This document shows, piece after piece, positions 25,171-38,510 of a stretch of DNA of 64,000 nt. Each line of letters begins with the position of its first letter. The first letter of the stretch is position 1. The notes beneath the pieces were generated by a model, which was given only the letters and a program-made list of their open reading frames with translations, had not been told where the DNA came from and did no database searches. The stretch covers positions 87,794,001 through 87,858,000 of the forward strand of contig NW_024704743.1 of the NCBI RefSeq assembly GCF_018977255.1, given 5' to 3'. This DNA is from Callorhinchus milii (lineage: Eukaryota). A program made the position numbers and the translations under genes.

Positions 25171-25641
25171 CGGAAGACAATGAAGTAAACCAATATTCAT
25201 TTAGGTGCAGTACAGTTGCATCTGTTATACTTTGCTAAACAATGGAAATGTAGCTCATCGTGGCTTTGCAACACAGCAGTTACTACTCTATCATTGTGTT
25301 ATGTTCAAGCATATTTTTGTTAATGTGTACTGGCATATTGCTGAGAAGGTAGGCTGACACATTAATACGAATACATCATTTTCAGGCATGAATTACAGGT
25401 TGAGAAACACGCCAATGTGAAGAATTCAACACTAACATTAACTTAAATGTGACAGCAACTTGCTGCTGGATTTCTGTTCCAGCCATATTATCACCATACT
25501 TGCGGTCACTTTAAATCATAGGAATTGTCCATTGGTGGGTACCTCATTTTGAAAGAGAAGAGACTCTGGCAAGATAGCCACATCAACAGCAATATTTAAA
25601 GAAGAAAACATTCAACTCAGGGGTCCATAAACTAATCTGTG

Positions 25642-25777
25642 TAGTCAGGGAATGCTGGGGGAGAGGTACCTCTGGAGGCTGATGTCGGATTTTCATTAAA
25701 AGTCACCCTGATGTTTGCTGCAGTCCAATATGAAAAGCATAGAATAAATTGGACTTGAAACTTTCTCATGAAAACAC
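25642..25777 (-). repeat. Unclassified repeat (family E), copy 2
   Basis: Reverse-complement match to 19562-19702. Confidence 0.75.
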
Positions 25778-27079
25778 ACAGGGCATTTTTATCAGTTTAT
25801 CAGAGTCCCTCTTCTTCTTTGTATTTCTCTCAACCTAGCCATGCCTCCACTCCCCCTGATCCCTTCTCTTGTGCTCTTCTGTTCCCTTCTCCCTCATGAT
25901 TACATCAAGTTTCCTCTTAAATATATTGATACATTTTGCTTCAGCTACAGCTTCCAACAACTTTCACATGGTTATTAATCTCCCCGTAAAGAAGTTCCTC
26001 CTAAACTCCCATTTAGATGTGCTACTGGTTTGTTATATTTATGCTCCCTCGTTTTGGACTCAACAACTCACTGCTTGGACTATATATGTAGATGTATCAT
26101 AGGTATGACTTATATGTAGCATTCACTAATCTTTATAAAGAATTAGACTGTCACATGGTGGTCAAATAATTGTCTCAGATATTCAGTGAGCTCAGATGGT
26201 ATGCAACATCTAACTATGGGACAAAGGAGCTCTACTGGAATTTTTTTATACAATACAATTTACATTTATATAGCATTTTTCATATTGGGAGGGTGTCTCA
26301 AAGCACTTGCTGATGGTAGCTGGGCACCGAAACTTGTGGGGAGTGGGGAGGGGAAAGATGACCAAAAGCATGGTCAAAGAGGTACACTTTTACAATCAAA
26401 CATGCAAGCACGAGCAAAGAAAGGGCTACTTCTGAGGAAAAGCAACAGAGATCATTTTGATTGTACCTTGATGTCTTCTTCTGCCACAGTTTTGATGGTC
26501 ATCGGGCAAAATGTTTCCATCTGTCGAAAGTGAGTAAATACTGGAGTTAAAAATGTGACATTCAGAAAGCGGTCAAATAGCACCTTCTGCTTTGCAGCTG
26601 AGATTGTGTGAATTTCTACAATATTCACTAATACTATTGGGAAGCAATTGTACTGCTGAAGACCAGCAAATACAGTTTTGAGTCCAGTGTTGCTGTTTTC
26701 TGTACTTTTGCCTTTTGAGACATTTCTGAGCTGACAAGTGGGCTGGAGGCAAAACCCTGGTGACGTTTGCATTTTGTGCTGACATTTCTAGTTTGTGAGT
26801 ATTGAATTTTAAACCAATTGTACCTACTGTACAGTATTAGTTAATGCAACAGCAGCAACGTACATTATCTAGCGCCTTTCACCTAGGATGGCCGTCTTAA
26901 AGAACTTCACTGTGATAATGGGGAGTGAGGAGGAAAAGTTGTGGAAAACAAGCACAGTTACAGAGATAGGTTTTTAAGATGGCAAGGAGAGAAGGAGCAA
27001 GGAGAAAGGATTTGAGATGAGCATTCTAGAGAGTAGATGCACGATGGCTGTAGGCTCAATCTCCGATGGTGGGATGGTG

Positions 27080-27127
27080 GGAGTGAGGAATGAGGGAGTG
27101 AGGAATGAGCAAGTGAGGAATGAGCAG
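27080..27127. repeat. 15-bp tandem repeat (gagtgaggaatgagg-like) x3, within a decayed minus L2 end
   Basis: gtgaggaatgag occurs three times at 15-bp spacing. Confidence 0.7.
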
Positions 27128-29999
27128 GAGACCAAAGACTAGAAAATTAAATTAAGTGCAATGATACGGTTAGAGGTTTGCAGGTGCAAGCCTCAAGATC
27201 GCCGACTTTGCTGATTAGGGATTCAAATTTTTGCTTTCACACATATATCAAAATAATTATACTCATTATTTAATCTACACTGTTATAAAGCTTTACATAT
27301 CCTTAAAACCAACATTTGCTTTCTCTGATGTTTTCTTCCATTTCACAATTTGTATTCTATCTCGATATATTTTTCCCGATTTATTTTTCATGTATTTCAG
27401 TTACAGTGGTAGCACAATAAGGTATATTTTCTTAAATATGCCAATAATGTATTCCTTTTACAGTATTTTAGAAGCTGAACTACATAATATCATGGGTGTT
27501 CTTTCACAATTCTGTGGAGTTTGGCGCAGAGTAAATATTTAGTAAAGGAATAATTTATTTCAGGTTTTCTTAAAGAAGTACTTTTATAGTAACTGTAGGA
27601 TGTATCTTAAAACTTAGTTGCAAAAGATATACCAAGTGCAAATCAAATAATTAAACCCCAGTTGTAATGATAAAGAGATGCTGAGCCACACAGAGAGCAG
27701 TAAAGGGTACAGGTTCTACATAATGATGGACCACATCACAATTGGGACCAATGGCCCATCTTTAGCAAATATCGCAAATTAGACAGCTATCGAAAGTCAC
27801 AAAAGGAAGGCACAGTTGCCACTAGAAATCCACTTGAAAACATTGCAAATTAGACCAATATTAGTCCAGTGAAGTGCTTTTGAGAATGTGATAAGGTATT
27901 ATCAAATGCAAGGATTATTATTAGTTTTGAATATAGAAACATTGCCATAATTTTTCTACTCCAGCAAACATTCCTGTAAGGTTCCTGTGACATGCCTGCA
28001 GCATGTTGGAATCACATTGGTAACACGCTATCATCTGTAAGTTTCTACTTCACATTTCTTTCAGTGAAAGCTTGAGTACTGTTATTCACAGCACAGCTGC
28101 TGCAAAGCATTAGCAGCAAACAAAGAAAAACAGAAACTCCAAATGTACTACTGTACTTAAGACTGTGAACAGCAGCCTCATTCTTATTGATAGGAACGTT
28201 CATTCTTCATGTGTGAGCCTAGACAGCAATAAATGTTGGAGAGCTATTCAACCATGGGGACATCACAGCTGGGCCCACCCTCATTCTCATCCAATGTCCA
28301 CACCTGGATACTTTCCAGCAGTGGGTCTCTGGATAGTAATAAGGAATGGGAGCAATGAGTGATTTTCCCATCCTAGGGCGCTGAAGCCAATTACATCATT
28401 CCCACTACTGCCCTGCGTGAAATCAGTCAACTCAGCACAAACTGAAACCAGGAGCTTTTGGAATCATTTTACTCAATGTGACAGTGGACAGTGGTTTTGC
28501 CGATTGGTGGATTTTTGTGAGAATTGTGAAGAAATAATAATAAAATAATCCTTGCATTTGATATAACACTTATCACAATGTGGAAATGTCTCAAAGCATG
28601 TCACTAGATTTTACAGTGATGTGTAGTGCCTCTGTATTTGCAGGCAAACCCGACAGACAATTTGCACACAGCAATGCCACACAAACAGCGATGAAGTACG
28701 TGACACTTAGTGTTAACTGGTGTGTTGAAGTTGTAGTACAGACTGTGGAACAATTGCTTTTCATCTCATTATGACAAACTTTCTGTGAGCATTCAGATAT
28801 ACGAAAAAGTCACATTATCCTTAGCCAATTACGCTGAGGGCAATTTCTGATACAGTGTGTGTGTATGTGGGGAAGCAAGGAAACCTTACCTGGAATCAAA
28901 CAGATATCACATTTGGCACTAACCATTACTTTCTACAGCAGTGTGAACCCAATCATATTTGAGGTTTTATTCAAAGGATTCATCTATGGTTGGTTCCTGC
29001 TTATTACTTCAGTAATTTGGCTTAAATTATGATTCATGTTGGTGCTGTATGAGTTGTCTGTTTGTTTTAACAGTCTCAATAAGTGTCAGCTTCCAAGAAA
29101 GAGGAGAGGTGTTGGCAGATTGGTTCTTGACTCTAAAAAGAGGAGGTTATTGCCATTGCATTTAGAAATGGACAAGGAGGGTTATTGGAGTTACCAATTG
29201 CATATCAGTTTCTTGATTGAAAAACAAAATTGATATTTACTATTATTCATCATTGGTATTCAGCCACATGGTGACCGTTACACTAAGGGTGTGTGTGTGG
29301 GTGGGGGGGTGGGGGTGGTGGTGAATAAGCTACAATTCCAAATAAAAAATGAATCAGAATAGGACCAGTCGGAATCTATCCAGACACTTCCAGCCTTGCT
29401 TGGCTTGCATGAATTTGGGCATTGTTCTTCTCTAACTTTCTCTAATTGTTTGATTAAACTTTGGAGCTTAAAATGATTTTAATTCAAGCCAAATTTGGTT
29501 TTGTATGTCCTGCCAGACAGTTGGTTTGGATACTTTTAAGCATGGTGATGGGTCTCCACATGTGTCGACACCTGGCTGATCACAAAAAAGTCACCTCACA
29601 TTTCTCACATGATACTTCACCTCAGCAATAAAAATACATAAAAAATTGTACTCTTATTGATTTTCCTGTGGAATCGTAGCTGCAACCCCGTTCTTTAAAA
29701 ATGTACCATAAGTTTATTTTCAAAAGTACATCTAATTTTGTTACAAGATTTCAGGTATTGTGCTGCTGAAGCTCAGCTCCTTAAGTATTTATACTGTATT
29801 CTATTTCATGTTGTACTGTAATTCCCTGTAGTACGGACCTCATTAATGGTGATGCTTGGCTTCCTAAGATCATCTTACAATCAGGGTGCATTGCATCTTG
29901 CTTAGTAACGAATTGAAACTTTGACTAATTTTCTCTTCTTTACTTCTTTACTTAGGGGTGGAGGTTGAGGCCAGTTGAGGCCACTGTAGCAGGTATCAA

Positions 30000-30354
30000 C
30001 GCAGTTCAGTTAGTGGTGCTCTCCTCTCTGGGTCTGAAGCTGTTGATTCAAGCTTCATTTCAGGACCTAAACTCACAGAGTAGGCTGAAACTTCTAAAGA
30101 GATCCCGAATTGTTGGAGGTGCCATCCTTTGGGTAAAACATCAAATGTGTCTGTCCTAAGCTGAATGTTAGATTCCAGATTGCTTTTTGAAAGCAGAAAG
30201 TGTTTTTCCTGATGTTCTAACACATAATCTTCAGATAAATTTGCCCACAATTACATAGTCAATTTACTTTACAGTATATTCTATGAAGCGCTTTGAGACG
30301 TCTCGAAGACGTGATAAACCACTATATCAAATGCAAGGATTATTATTATTATTA
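30000..30354 (+). mobile_element. Old Deu-SINE 5' part plus a younger SINE 3' end
   Basis: Degenerate tRNA head, ggaggtgccatcctttgggtaaaacatcaa, then ttgcccacaa...aaatgcaagg(att)n. Confidence 0.65.
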
Positions 30355-30989
30355 CTTTATGACTGTCTATGGGACCTTGCTGTGTGCACATTTGCTTAGG
30401 AATATATATGAAGGGAACTGCATGTTATTACATGTAACTGTTATCTGGGGTTAATATTGAAATTTGGTTAATCCAGTGATTGTAATTTGTGTAAGTGTTT
30501 ATATATTCTAGTTTGGAACCCTATTTTTTGTCTTGAACTACATGTGAATTGTAACTCTTCAGAATCACAGGGTGCTTTGTAAGCTATCCCCGTACCTATC
30601 TATCTCACCAAAAATTTTAGAAGCTATCAAAAAAAAGTTACTTAGCCATTTCAATTTAAATCTGATTCAGAAGAACATAACAAAGTAGCAGAGTGGAGGG
30701 AGTCGAGATGCAAAGAAGCTCTTCTAGAGCCAACACAGCAGAAGGTTAAGTTGACACTTCCCAAGATCACACAAAAGGTTTGGATGAAAAAGGTACTTCA
30801 GCACATTTGTTGAAACAATGGAACCCATAAATGATACGTAATGTTACAGATGGGTAGGTGGGGATGTAGCACAATGCTGATAGAGGTTAGAGTGGGCGGG
30901 TAACTGCAGTAGAAAAGGTCACTAGCCCAAAATGACATCCTCTCAGTAATGTCAAAGACTCTTTGCAGAAAATGAAAGTATATTACAGT

Positions 30990-31385
30990 TGTTACAATAT
31001 TGAGCTACGAGCAACAACTTGACAAGTTATGGCTTTTCAGTCTTGAGAAAGGATGAATCAAAGGAGACCTCGTAGATGTGTATAAAACTTAAACGGGATT
31101 GAAAAAGTAAACTCAGATCAATAGGTTAAGATGTATAATGGCAGTAGAACAAGAGGACAGAGGTTTAGAGTTGTAAAGGGAAATTTCAGAGAAGATACCA
31201 AGAAGTTTTTCTTCATGCAGAGGGTAGTCAATGATTGGATCAGGTTGCCAGGAAAGGTGGCACTGGCCTGGACACTAAACTCATCTAAAAAACAAACTGA
31301 TGGAGTGATGGGAGGATGAGAGGACAGGTGTTTTGGAGGGATGCTTAAGGGCCTTCTTCATCCAAACCAATCTTGTGATCTTGTG
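30990..31385 (+). mobile_element. CR1 3' remnant
   Basis: ORF 31131-31319 contains RTRGQRFRV..KKFFFMQRVVNDWIRLP. Confidence 0.8.
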
Positions 31386-31578
31386 AATGGAAACTGTTTA
31401 GATTGTTGCAGTACAGCCTTCGTATAAAATTTCATACACTAAACAAGTTGGCAGTGCGAATAATGTGAACTAATAATAATCAGCACATTGGGACGTCCTC
31501 CCAACGTGAAAGGTGCTATACAAATGTAATTTTTGTATTTTTGTAATAATAATCCTTGCATTTGGAATAGCGCCTTAT

Positions 31579-34010
31579 AGTAGTGGTGGCCATTACTGGG
31601 TTCAGACGGAGCCACCATTTCACAATCTCCCGCCTAAACTGTTGTGTGACGTCACTTCCAACCGGGTTTAAATCCCTGGAACCAGGTGTAGTATAGTCTA
31701 TTAGTACCTCCCTTCCCTCATCTGTCTTTTCCCTGCAGGCTGCTCAGGGTTATCTTCCAGGTTGGGCAACCTGATGGATAACACGATTGCTCTCCCCGCT
31801 CTGCGCCACCTCTAGGCACCGCAGTCTCCGTGACTGTGGGCTGACTACAAACCACCTGCCGCAAGTCTCAGCGTGTGCATCTTGTCTACCGTCCCCGAAC
31901 CGAGTTGCTTTTCCCCCAAAATGCTCCCTACTCTGCACCTCTCCCGCTCAGTCCTCCTCTCTCTCTGTCCTCCTCATCTCCTATCCCCACTTGACTGTCC
32001 CACAGCCTCCCACCGCTCCAGCCTGGGAATCGTCCATTGGGCTCACTGTGGCACTCGCTGTTGGCTGTCCAGCAGCAGCCACACTGACTGCCCCATTCCC
32101 CACCATCACCGCAAGTCCCGCCGGACCCAGGGGCTAACCTCTCCTCCCTCATCCGAATTCCCACCCTCCCTTGTCAATCCTCCCACCACCCCCTCCCATC
32201 TCACACATTCCTCTGCCGAATGACCCCTCCGCATCAGCCTACAAAATGTCTGCTCTCTTCTAACAGGGCTCTCGCCATCAACAACATCATCATTGATAGC
32301 CTGACTCTCACTGAAACTTGGATTACCCCAGGCAACACTTTCCCCCTCATTGTGGCCACAACACCTGGCTATACCTTCCACCATACCCCATGTTCTAAAC
32401 ATCGTGGCTCTATACCTACTCTTCTGGCTCATTTCCCTTCTTTGAGCACCTTACCCTCCATTATCCCTTCAATCTTGCCCTCAAAATTCTCCTGATTTAT
32501 CATCCCCCCAAACCCTCCCCCACCTTCATCTCTGACATCTCCACCCTCCTAGCTTCCTACTGCCTCTGTTCTGAATGCCTCCTCATCCTTGGTGACTTCA
32601 ACCTACACTTCACTCCCTCCTGCTCTATCTCCACCTACTTCACCTCTCTCCTTTCCTCTCACCACTTCTCCCTCCACATCCACTCTGCCACTCACATTCA
32701 TGGCCACCCACTTGACCTGGTCATTGCCCGGAGCCTCAGTGTCTCAGACCTCACAGTCACCGATGAAGCCACCTCAGATCACCATTTCATCTTCCTTAGT
32801 GAAAATGGTCTCAGTCCTTCTTCCCACTGCCAACCAACCCACCTCCATCTCCAAACACTCCTGGAAAAGAATCTCCCTGCACTCCCTTTCCACTGCCCTG
32901 GAGACATCTGAATTCCTACCCCTCTGGCCTACCTCCAGCACCAACTTATCCTCCTTGCTCACTCTCCTCCACAACTCCCTTTCCACTATTCTTGATGCCC
33001 TTGCCAACCTCACCTCCTGAACCACCTCCTACTCACAAATCTCACCCTAGTACACCAGCCACCTCTGCTCACTCAAGGGTCAGGTACGTGCCTTTACTCT
33101 CAGACCTCGTCAACCTCTCCCTATCAACTGGCATCGTTTCTTCCCCACCCCCTAAATTGAACTGTTTTCATCCCTATCCTAAAAAAACCTTCCTTGGACC
33201 AATCCTGATCACTAGCCCCATCCTCAACCTCCCTTTCCTTTCCAAAGTCCTTGAAAGAGTTGTTGCTTCCCAGCTTCACTCTTTCCTCTCCTGCCACTCC
33301 TTTTACAAATGCCTCCAATTGGGTTACCGCACTATCCACAGGTGTCAAGGTGACAAATGACATTCTGTCCACCTGTGACCAGGGCTCCCTTTGTCTCCTC
33401 ATCCTCCTCGACCTCTCTGCTGCCTTTGACACTTTGGACCACTCTATCTTCCTCCACAGCCTCTCATCTCACCTTAACCATCAAGGTTCAGATCCTATCT
33501 CTCAGACCGGCTCCACTTGGTCTCCACAAGTGGCTTCTCCTCCAGCTCCCGCACTGTCTCATGCAATGTTCTTGACAGTCCTCTCATCTTCATCCAGTAC
33601 ATGCTCCCTCTTGGTGATATCATCCGCAGACATGGGGTCAATTTCCACATGTATGCGGATGACACCCAACTCTATCTCTCTAACTCCACCCTCGACCCCA
33701 GGACCACTGACTGATTCCTAACAGAATGTCTGTCAGACATCAAGTCCTGGATGAGAGCTAACTTTCTACAGTTGAATGTCAGCAACACCAAAGCCCTCCT
33801 GATTGTCTAGTGACAGCGCCTCCGCACTTCAAGCGCTGGCAGCATCACCATCCACGGATGCACACTCCACCTCATCGAACCTGGGAGTCTTGTTCAACCT
33901 TCAACTGTCTTTTCTGCCGTACATCTGTGCCATGACCTGCTCTGCCTTCCCCACCTGTGTAACATTGCCCGGCTCTGCGAATGTCTCAACCCCTCAGGCC
34001 ACCAAAACTC
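31579..34010 (+). mobile_element. Decayed L2 LINE: 5' region, APE endonuclease and reverse transcriptase, 3'-truncated
   Basis: APE motifs QNVCSL, LTETW, LILGDFNLH, HGHPLDL, SDH. RT motifs [33 protein letters not shown]. Multiple frameshifts. Confidence 0.9.
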
Positions 34011-34169
34011 TCAATTACAATAGTATATTTTTTGCACTGTGGTAGTAGTTTTTAAGTTAGTAGATTAAAGAAAATATTAAGGTTACTGTTCGTTGAGCAG
34101 TATTATCAGGTCATCTTCATGGATTTACCACAAAAATCATTGTTCTGAAAATGCTGTGCCTGTTTTGGT

Positions 34170-34255
34170 GAACTGGGTATCTGAAACATGCAGGAATCCA
34201 TTACCATGCTCAAGAGTATCCAAAACAAACCATTGAGAGTTCCACATATAGGCAA
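34170..34255 (+). repeat. Unclassified repeat (family C) fragment
   Basis: ctgaaacatgcaggaatccattaccatgctcaagagtatccaaa; also at 29520-29582(-), 44566-44645(+), and split by the CR1 at 45460-45499/47156-47172(-). Confidence 0.65.
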
Positions 34256-34691
34256 AACCAAATGACTTGACATTGCAGACAATGTCTGGCAAGCTTCATG
34301 TTACTTGTTTAGCTAGGGCCATTCTGATTTTGTTAGTCCTTAGGTTGCTGGATTGGTAGGAGCTGAGTGGAAAGAATTCCAGCCACCAGAGACTGCACTG
34401 GATGACAGAGAAGAGATTTTCTAACTTCACAAGCAATTTTAAGTTTTAAGTGTTGCTCATGTTAATACAGCTGCAGATTATGAAATGTCTCAAACTATCT
34501 CAGTCTTAAGAATAAAATGAGCTCCTAAATTCAGACTAAATGTAAGAATTTTCCAAAGTTCTGTACAACTGTAAATTATAAGACAATGGCATTATGGTTG
34601 AAACCATGACATGTTTCCTGAGGTATCCTGCCCTACTGCAGATCAGCCATCAAATAGTGTGTGTGTGTATGTATGTGTGTGTGTGGGAGGT

Positions 34692-35105
34692 TACCTACCT
34701 GCCCGTACCCTCCGTTCCTCTGGCTCTGGTCTGCTCCACGTCCCCCGCCCCAACCGCCCTACCATCGGTGGTCGGGCCTTCAGCCTCTCAGCCCCCAGGC
34801 TCTGGAACTCCATCCCCCAGTGCCTTCGCCTTGCTTCTTCCTTTCCTCCTTCAAGGCCGGTCTCAAAACCTTTCTCTTTGACCGTGCATTCAGCTCCCCT
34901 CTCGACTCTCTTCCCCCTCCTCGCTCCCTCCCTTCCCTCCCCTCACCCTGACCATTTCCCCCCTCCTTGCTCCTTCCCTCCCCTCACCCTGACCATTTCC
35001 CCCCTGCTCGGGTCATGACCCAACTGTGCAGCGCCTTGGGACGTCCTCCTGACGTGAAAGGCGCTTTATAAATGGAATCTTGTTGTTGTTGTTGTTGTTG
35101 TTGTT
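34692..35105 (+). mobile_element. Young L2 3' end with (TTG)n tail
   Basis: Encodes TLRSSGSGLLHVPR..IGGRAFSLSAPRLWNS; near-identical inverted copy at 39486-39975. Confidence 0.92.
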
Positions 35106-35226
35106 AGGAATAAGTGTTGCTGTTTTCCTAAGATACAAAGTGTCATTATCTTGAGATACTTCACTCTCTCAACTCTCAACTTTGTAGGCCTTCACCTACA
35201 AAATACAAAGTCAGGACACTTTACAA

Positions 35227-37217
35227 CAGGGGTGGGGAAAAGACAGGCCGTGGGCCATACTCGGCCTGCCAAATGATTCTCTCTGGCCCGGCATCGTGTC
35301 TAGCAATAGAAAAAATTATAGTTTGTTCAGTCCCAGAAAGTCCCACAAATTTCGCATTGGAATCTGACCGGGAACATCATCAGGCAATCACACTGCTTAG
35401 TTGTGTGCATGCTCCCTTAAGTGTTGAATCAGGCTGACGTCAGAAATGTACGGCTCGGCAAATTTTCAAACGCGCGCAACTGCGGCAATACTTTTCCCTG
35501 AAGAGGACGTTAATTCAAAATGAGTTTATCAAAAAAGCGGAAAGTGAACGCTGAAGGCCGAATATTCAACAAAGAATGGACTTCTAAGTTTTTTTTTACC
35601 AGTGTGGGTGGAAAATAAAACAAATAAAATAAACATAAATTTTAAAAAAATAAAGAAAATAAAAACTGTGCAGTTACAAAATAAAGTAAGCAATTTTGCA
35701 TGTTTTTCACTAGGACTCGATAAGAGTTGTAATGCCAAAGACACAGCCCAGTTGATAATTTTTATTCAAAGTATCACCAAACATTTTGAGCTCACAGAAG
35801 AATTGAAATCAATGCAGTCAATGGAAGATACAACAACTAGAGAAGACTTTTTGGAGGCAGTAAATAAGTGTATCTTAAAATTAGGAGTGGAGTGGAAAAA
35901 ATTGGTGAATGTGACCACCGATGGAAGCCCAAATCTGACAGGCAAAAATGTTGGGTTACCAAAAAGAATTCAAGATCAAGTCAAAGAAACAAATCCAGAA
36001 CAGAATATTGTTCTTCTACACTGCATTATCCACCAAGTGGTCCTCTGTAAGAATGTTCTAAAACTGAGCAATGTCATGGACACAGTTATGAAAGTGGTCA
36101 ACTACATTCAAGCAAGAGGATTAAACCACAGGCAATTTGTAACTCTGATTGAAGAATTGGAATCCGAGCACACGGATATTCTATATCACACGAATGTACG
36201 ATGTCTTAGTTTAGGAAAGGTCTTGAAAAGAGTGTGGGAACTCAGAACAGAGATTGATTTATTTTTGGACATGAAACAAAAAGATTCGGATTTCCCACAG
36301 CTGAATAATGCGAATTGGCTCTCTGATTTTGCATTTGCCATTGATATCATGGGCCACATGAATGAACTGAATTCAAAACTGCAACGGAAAGGGGCCTTTG
36401 TATACGATTTGTAGTGCAGTGTCAAGTCATTTATGATGAAATAATTTATTTTATCACATCAGATAGGAAACAGGCTGTTCGCCCACTTTCTAACTTTGCA
36501 GCAAATTACTGTTTGCGATCAAAGCCTTAAAAAGTATACTTTGTCACGACTTGACTTACATGCTGAATTTTCTCGCCGATTCCAGGATTTCAATTTGATT
36601 AAAAATGACCTGTCTTTGGTTTCTTCACCTTTCTCATTTGATGTTGACAACCTCCAACCTGAACTTATTGACCTGCAATGTGATCCATTGCTTGCAGAGC
36701 AATTCAAATCAGTGCCACTTCCCAGTTTTTACGCCTCTCTTAATGAATATACCTTTCCAAAAATAAAGGTTCATGCCCAGAGGATGCTTGTGCTGTTTGG
36801 ATCAACATACATATGCGAGGAGACATTTTCTATGATGAAATTCAATAAATTAAAACATAGATCTGTGATGACTGATGACCACCTTGCAGCAGTGCTCCGC
36901 ATTGTAACAACAGAGATGATGCCTGACTTCAATTGTCTGGCTAACGCACGTTAGCGCTTTCATTTTTCCCATTGAGTGAGCTTCTCACATTCTCATCAAT
37001 ATGTGAATAAATTAATAAATATCGAATAAATGAGTTGTTTTTATTTAACCTAATTTTAATGAATGTCAATTACATAGACTTTATTTTATGCGTGTACAAG
37101 TATAAGACTTGATTTTGAGCTATTATTAAGCATTTGAATCTATATTAAGTGTGTGGCCTGTGAAGCTTACCAAAACTCGTGAAGTGTCCCGCCAGTCAAA
37201 ATAATTGCCTACCCCTG
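35227..37217 (+). mobile_element. hAT DNA transposon, Buster/SPIN/Charlie group, internally deleted
   Basis: TIRs caggggtggggaa / ttgcctacccctg; 8-bp TSD ctttacaa (35219-35226) / ctttacag (37218-37225) with central TA; transposase inside. Confidence 0.95.
35520..36975 (+). pseudogene. hAT transposase pseudogene (GTF2IRD2/EPM2AIP1/ZBED5-like family)
   Basis: N-terminus MSLSKKRKVNAEGRIFNKEW, then FSLGLDKS..DTAQL, TTDGSP, HCIIH, STYICEETFS and C-terminus RFHFSH*. In-frame stops at 36412, 36442 and 36952. The BED-finger region is missing. Confidence 0.92.
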
Positions 37218-37869
37218 CTTTACAGTATATTTTGCGAAGTGCTTTGAGACATCCTCCTGATGTGAAAGATGCTACATCAAATGCAAGGATTATTATTATA
37301 ACTCAGTTTCAACGGAACTATGGCAACAATTTTAGGTCTTAACCCTACAAGCCGATAATGTGATTGTTGGGCTGAAGCTCTCAACCGAGATGTTCTCATG
37401 CAAGAAGTATCAGTGTCCCAGAAATAATTTTATTCCAAGCAATAATTATAAAAACATTTTTCTGCCCACGTGATCCATTTTTAAAGACATTTAATTTGAT
37501 CCAGCAGGAACACTTTGTTTTCTTATGCTGCTAATCTTTGCTCTTTACTCTTTTCCTGATCTTTGATTGGCAAGATATTGTTCCATGCTACACAAACAAA
37601 AACACAGAAGGGGGTTGATTGTGTACAGACATGGCATTAGAGTGTTAGGTATCTGTGATAATGATAATAATGAAACTGCAACTTTTGTTTATTAGCTCTT
37701 AAGAACAGCATTTACACTCTGTGGTATTTCTGTGGAAACATGTTTAGGTATTTATAACAATACAATACAAAATTACCAAATTACATTTGTATAACGCCTT
37801 TCATGTTGGGAGGACTTACTATCAGTAAACTAGTGCTGCCAGTAAACTGTTTACATTAACAATAAACTT

Positions 37870-38510
37870 TTAAAGATCCTACGACAGTGTAAGAAAAGAG
37901 ATGGGTATTTCTCCCGGTGCTGTGACCAACATTCCTTCAGATAAGATCAGTCATTCACTTCATGGCTGTTTGTGGGATATTGCTGTGCACAAATTGGCTG
38001 TCGTGTTCACTTACAAAACAGTCATTACATTTTACAGTAAATTTCGTGATGCACTTTGAGACATTTTGATGGCTTGATAAGATGTTATATCAAATGTAAG
38101 AATGGAAAGTTCCAAAAAGCTATTTCAGGACAGAAAGCCAAAATTATTTATTTATACAGAGTAATTAACAATTGAAATGTGTTACCAAGAAGGATGATTG
38201 AACCTAGGATACTAGACTCCTTTAAAACTTTAATGCTTTTGGATGCACCAAAACAGTAAAACAAGAGGACAAATGTTTGAAGTTCCAAAGGAAAATTTCA
38301 GTTCAGACACTAGGAAGTCTTTCTTTACCCAACGGGTAATCACCGACTGGAACAGGTTAACAGGAATGGTCGTGGAGATCAGAACACTGGATTCATTCAT
38401 AAAGCAACTTAATGCTGTGGTGAGAGGACAGAAGGGTGGGTAATCTATAAGAATGAGATCAGATAGGCCAATGGGCCTTTTTCATCTGAACCTCTCTTGT
38501 GTTCTTGACC
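37870..38510 (+). mobile_element. Old Deu-SINE 3' half followed by CR1 3' remnants
   Basis: cattcacttcatggctgtttgtgggatattgctgtgcac; ORF 38243-38443 contains KTRGQMF..RKSFFTQRVITDWNRL. Confidence 0.75.

Larger units (their letters stand above)
35185..37280 (+). mobile_element. SINE 3' portion interrupted by the hAT element
   Basis: ccttcacctacaaaatacaaagtcaggacactttacaa | ctttacagtatattttgcgaagtgctttgagac...aaatgcaagg(att)n rejoins as a single SINE segment. Confidence 0.8.

Noticed and set aside
26467..26520. 54-nt minus-strand exon candidate (METFCPMTIKTVAEEDIK)
   Set aside because: Weak donor (gtacaa) and no recognisable homology.
35602..36414. 270-aa ORF as a domesticated GTF2IRD2/ZBED-like host gene
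   Set aside because: It lies within TIRs and a TSD, has in-frame stops and lacks the N-terminal DNA-binding region, so it is a transposon relic.
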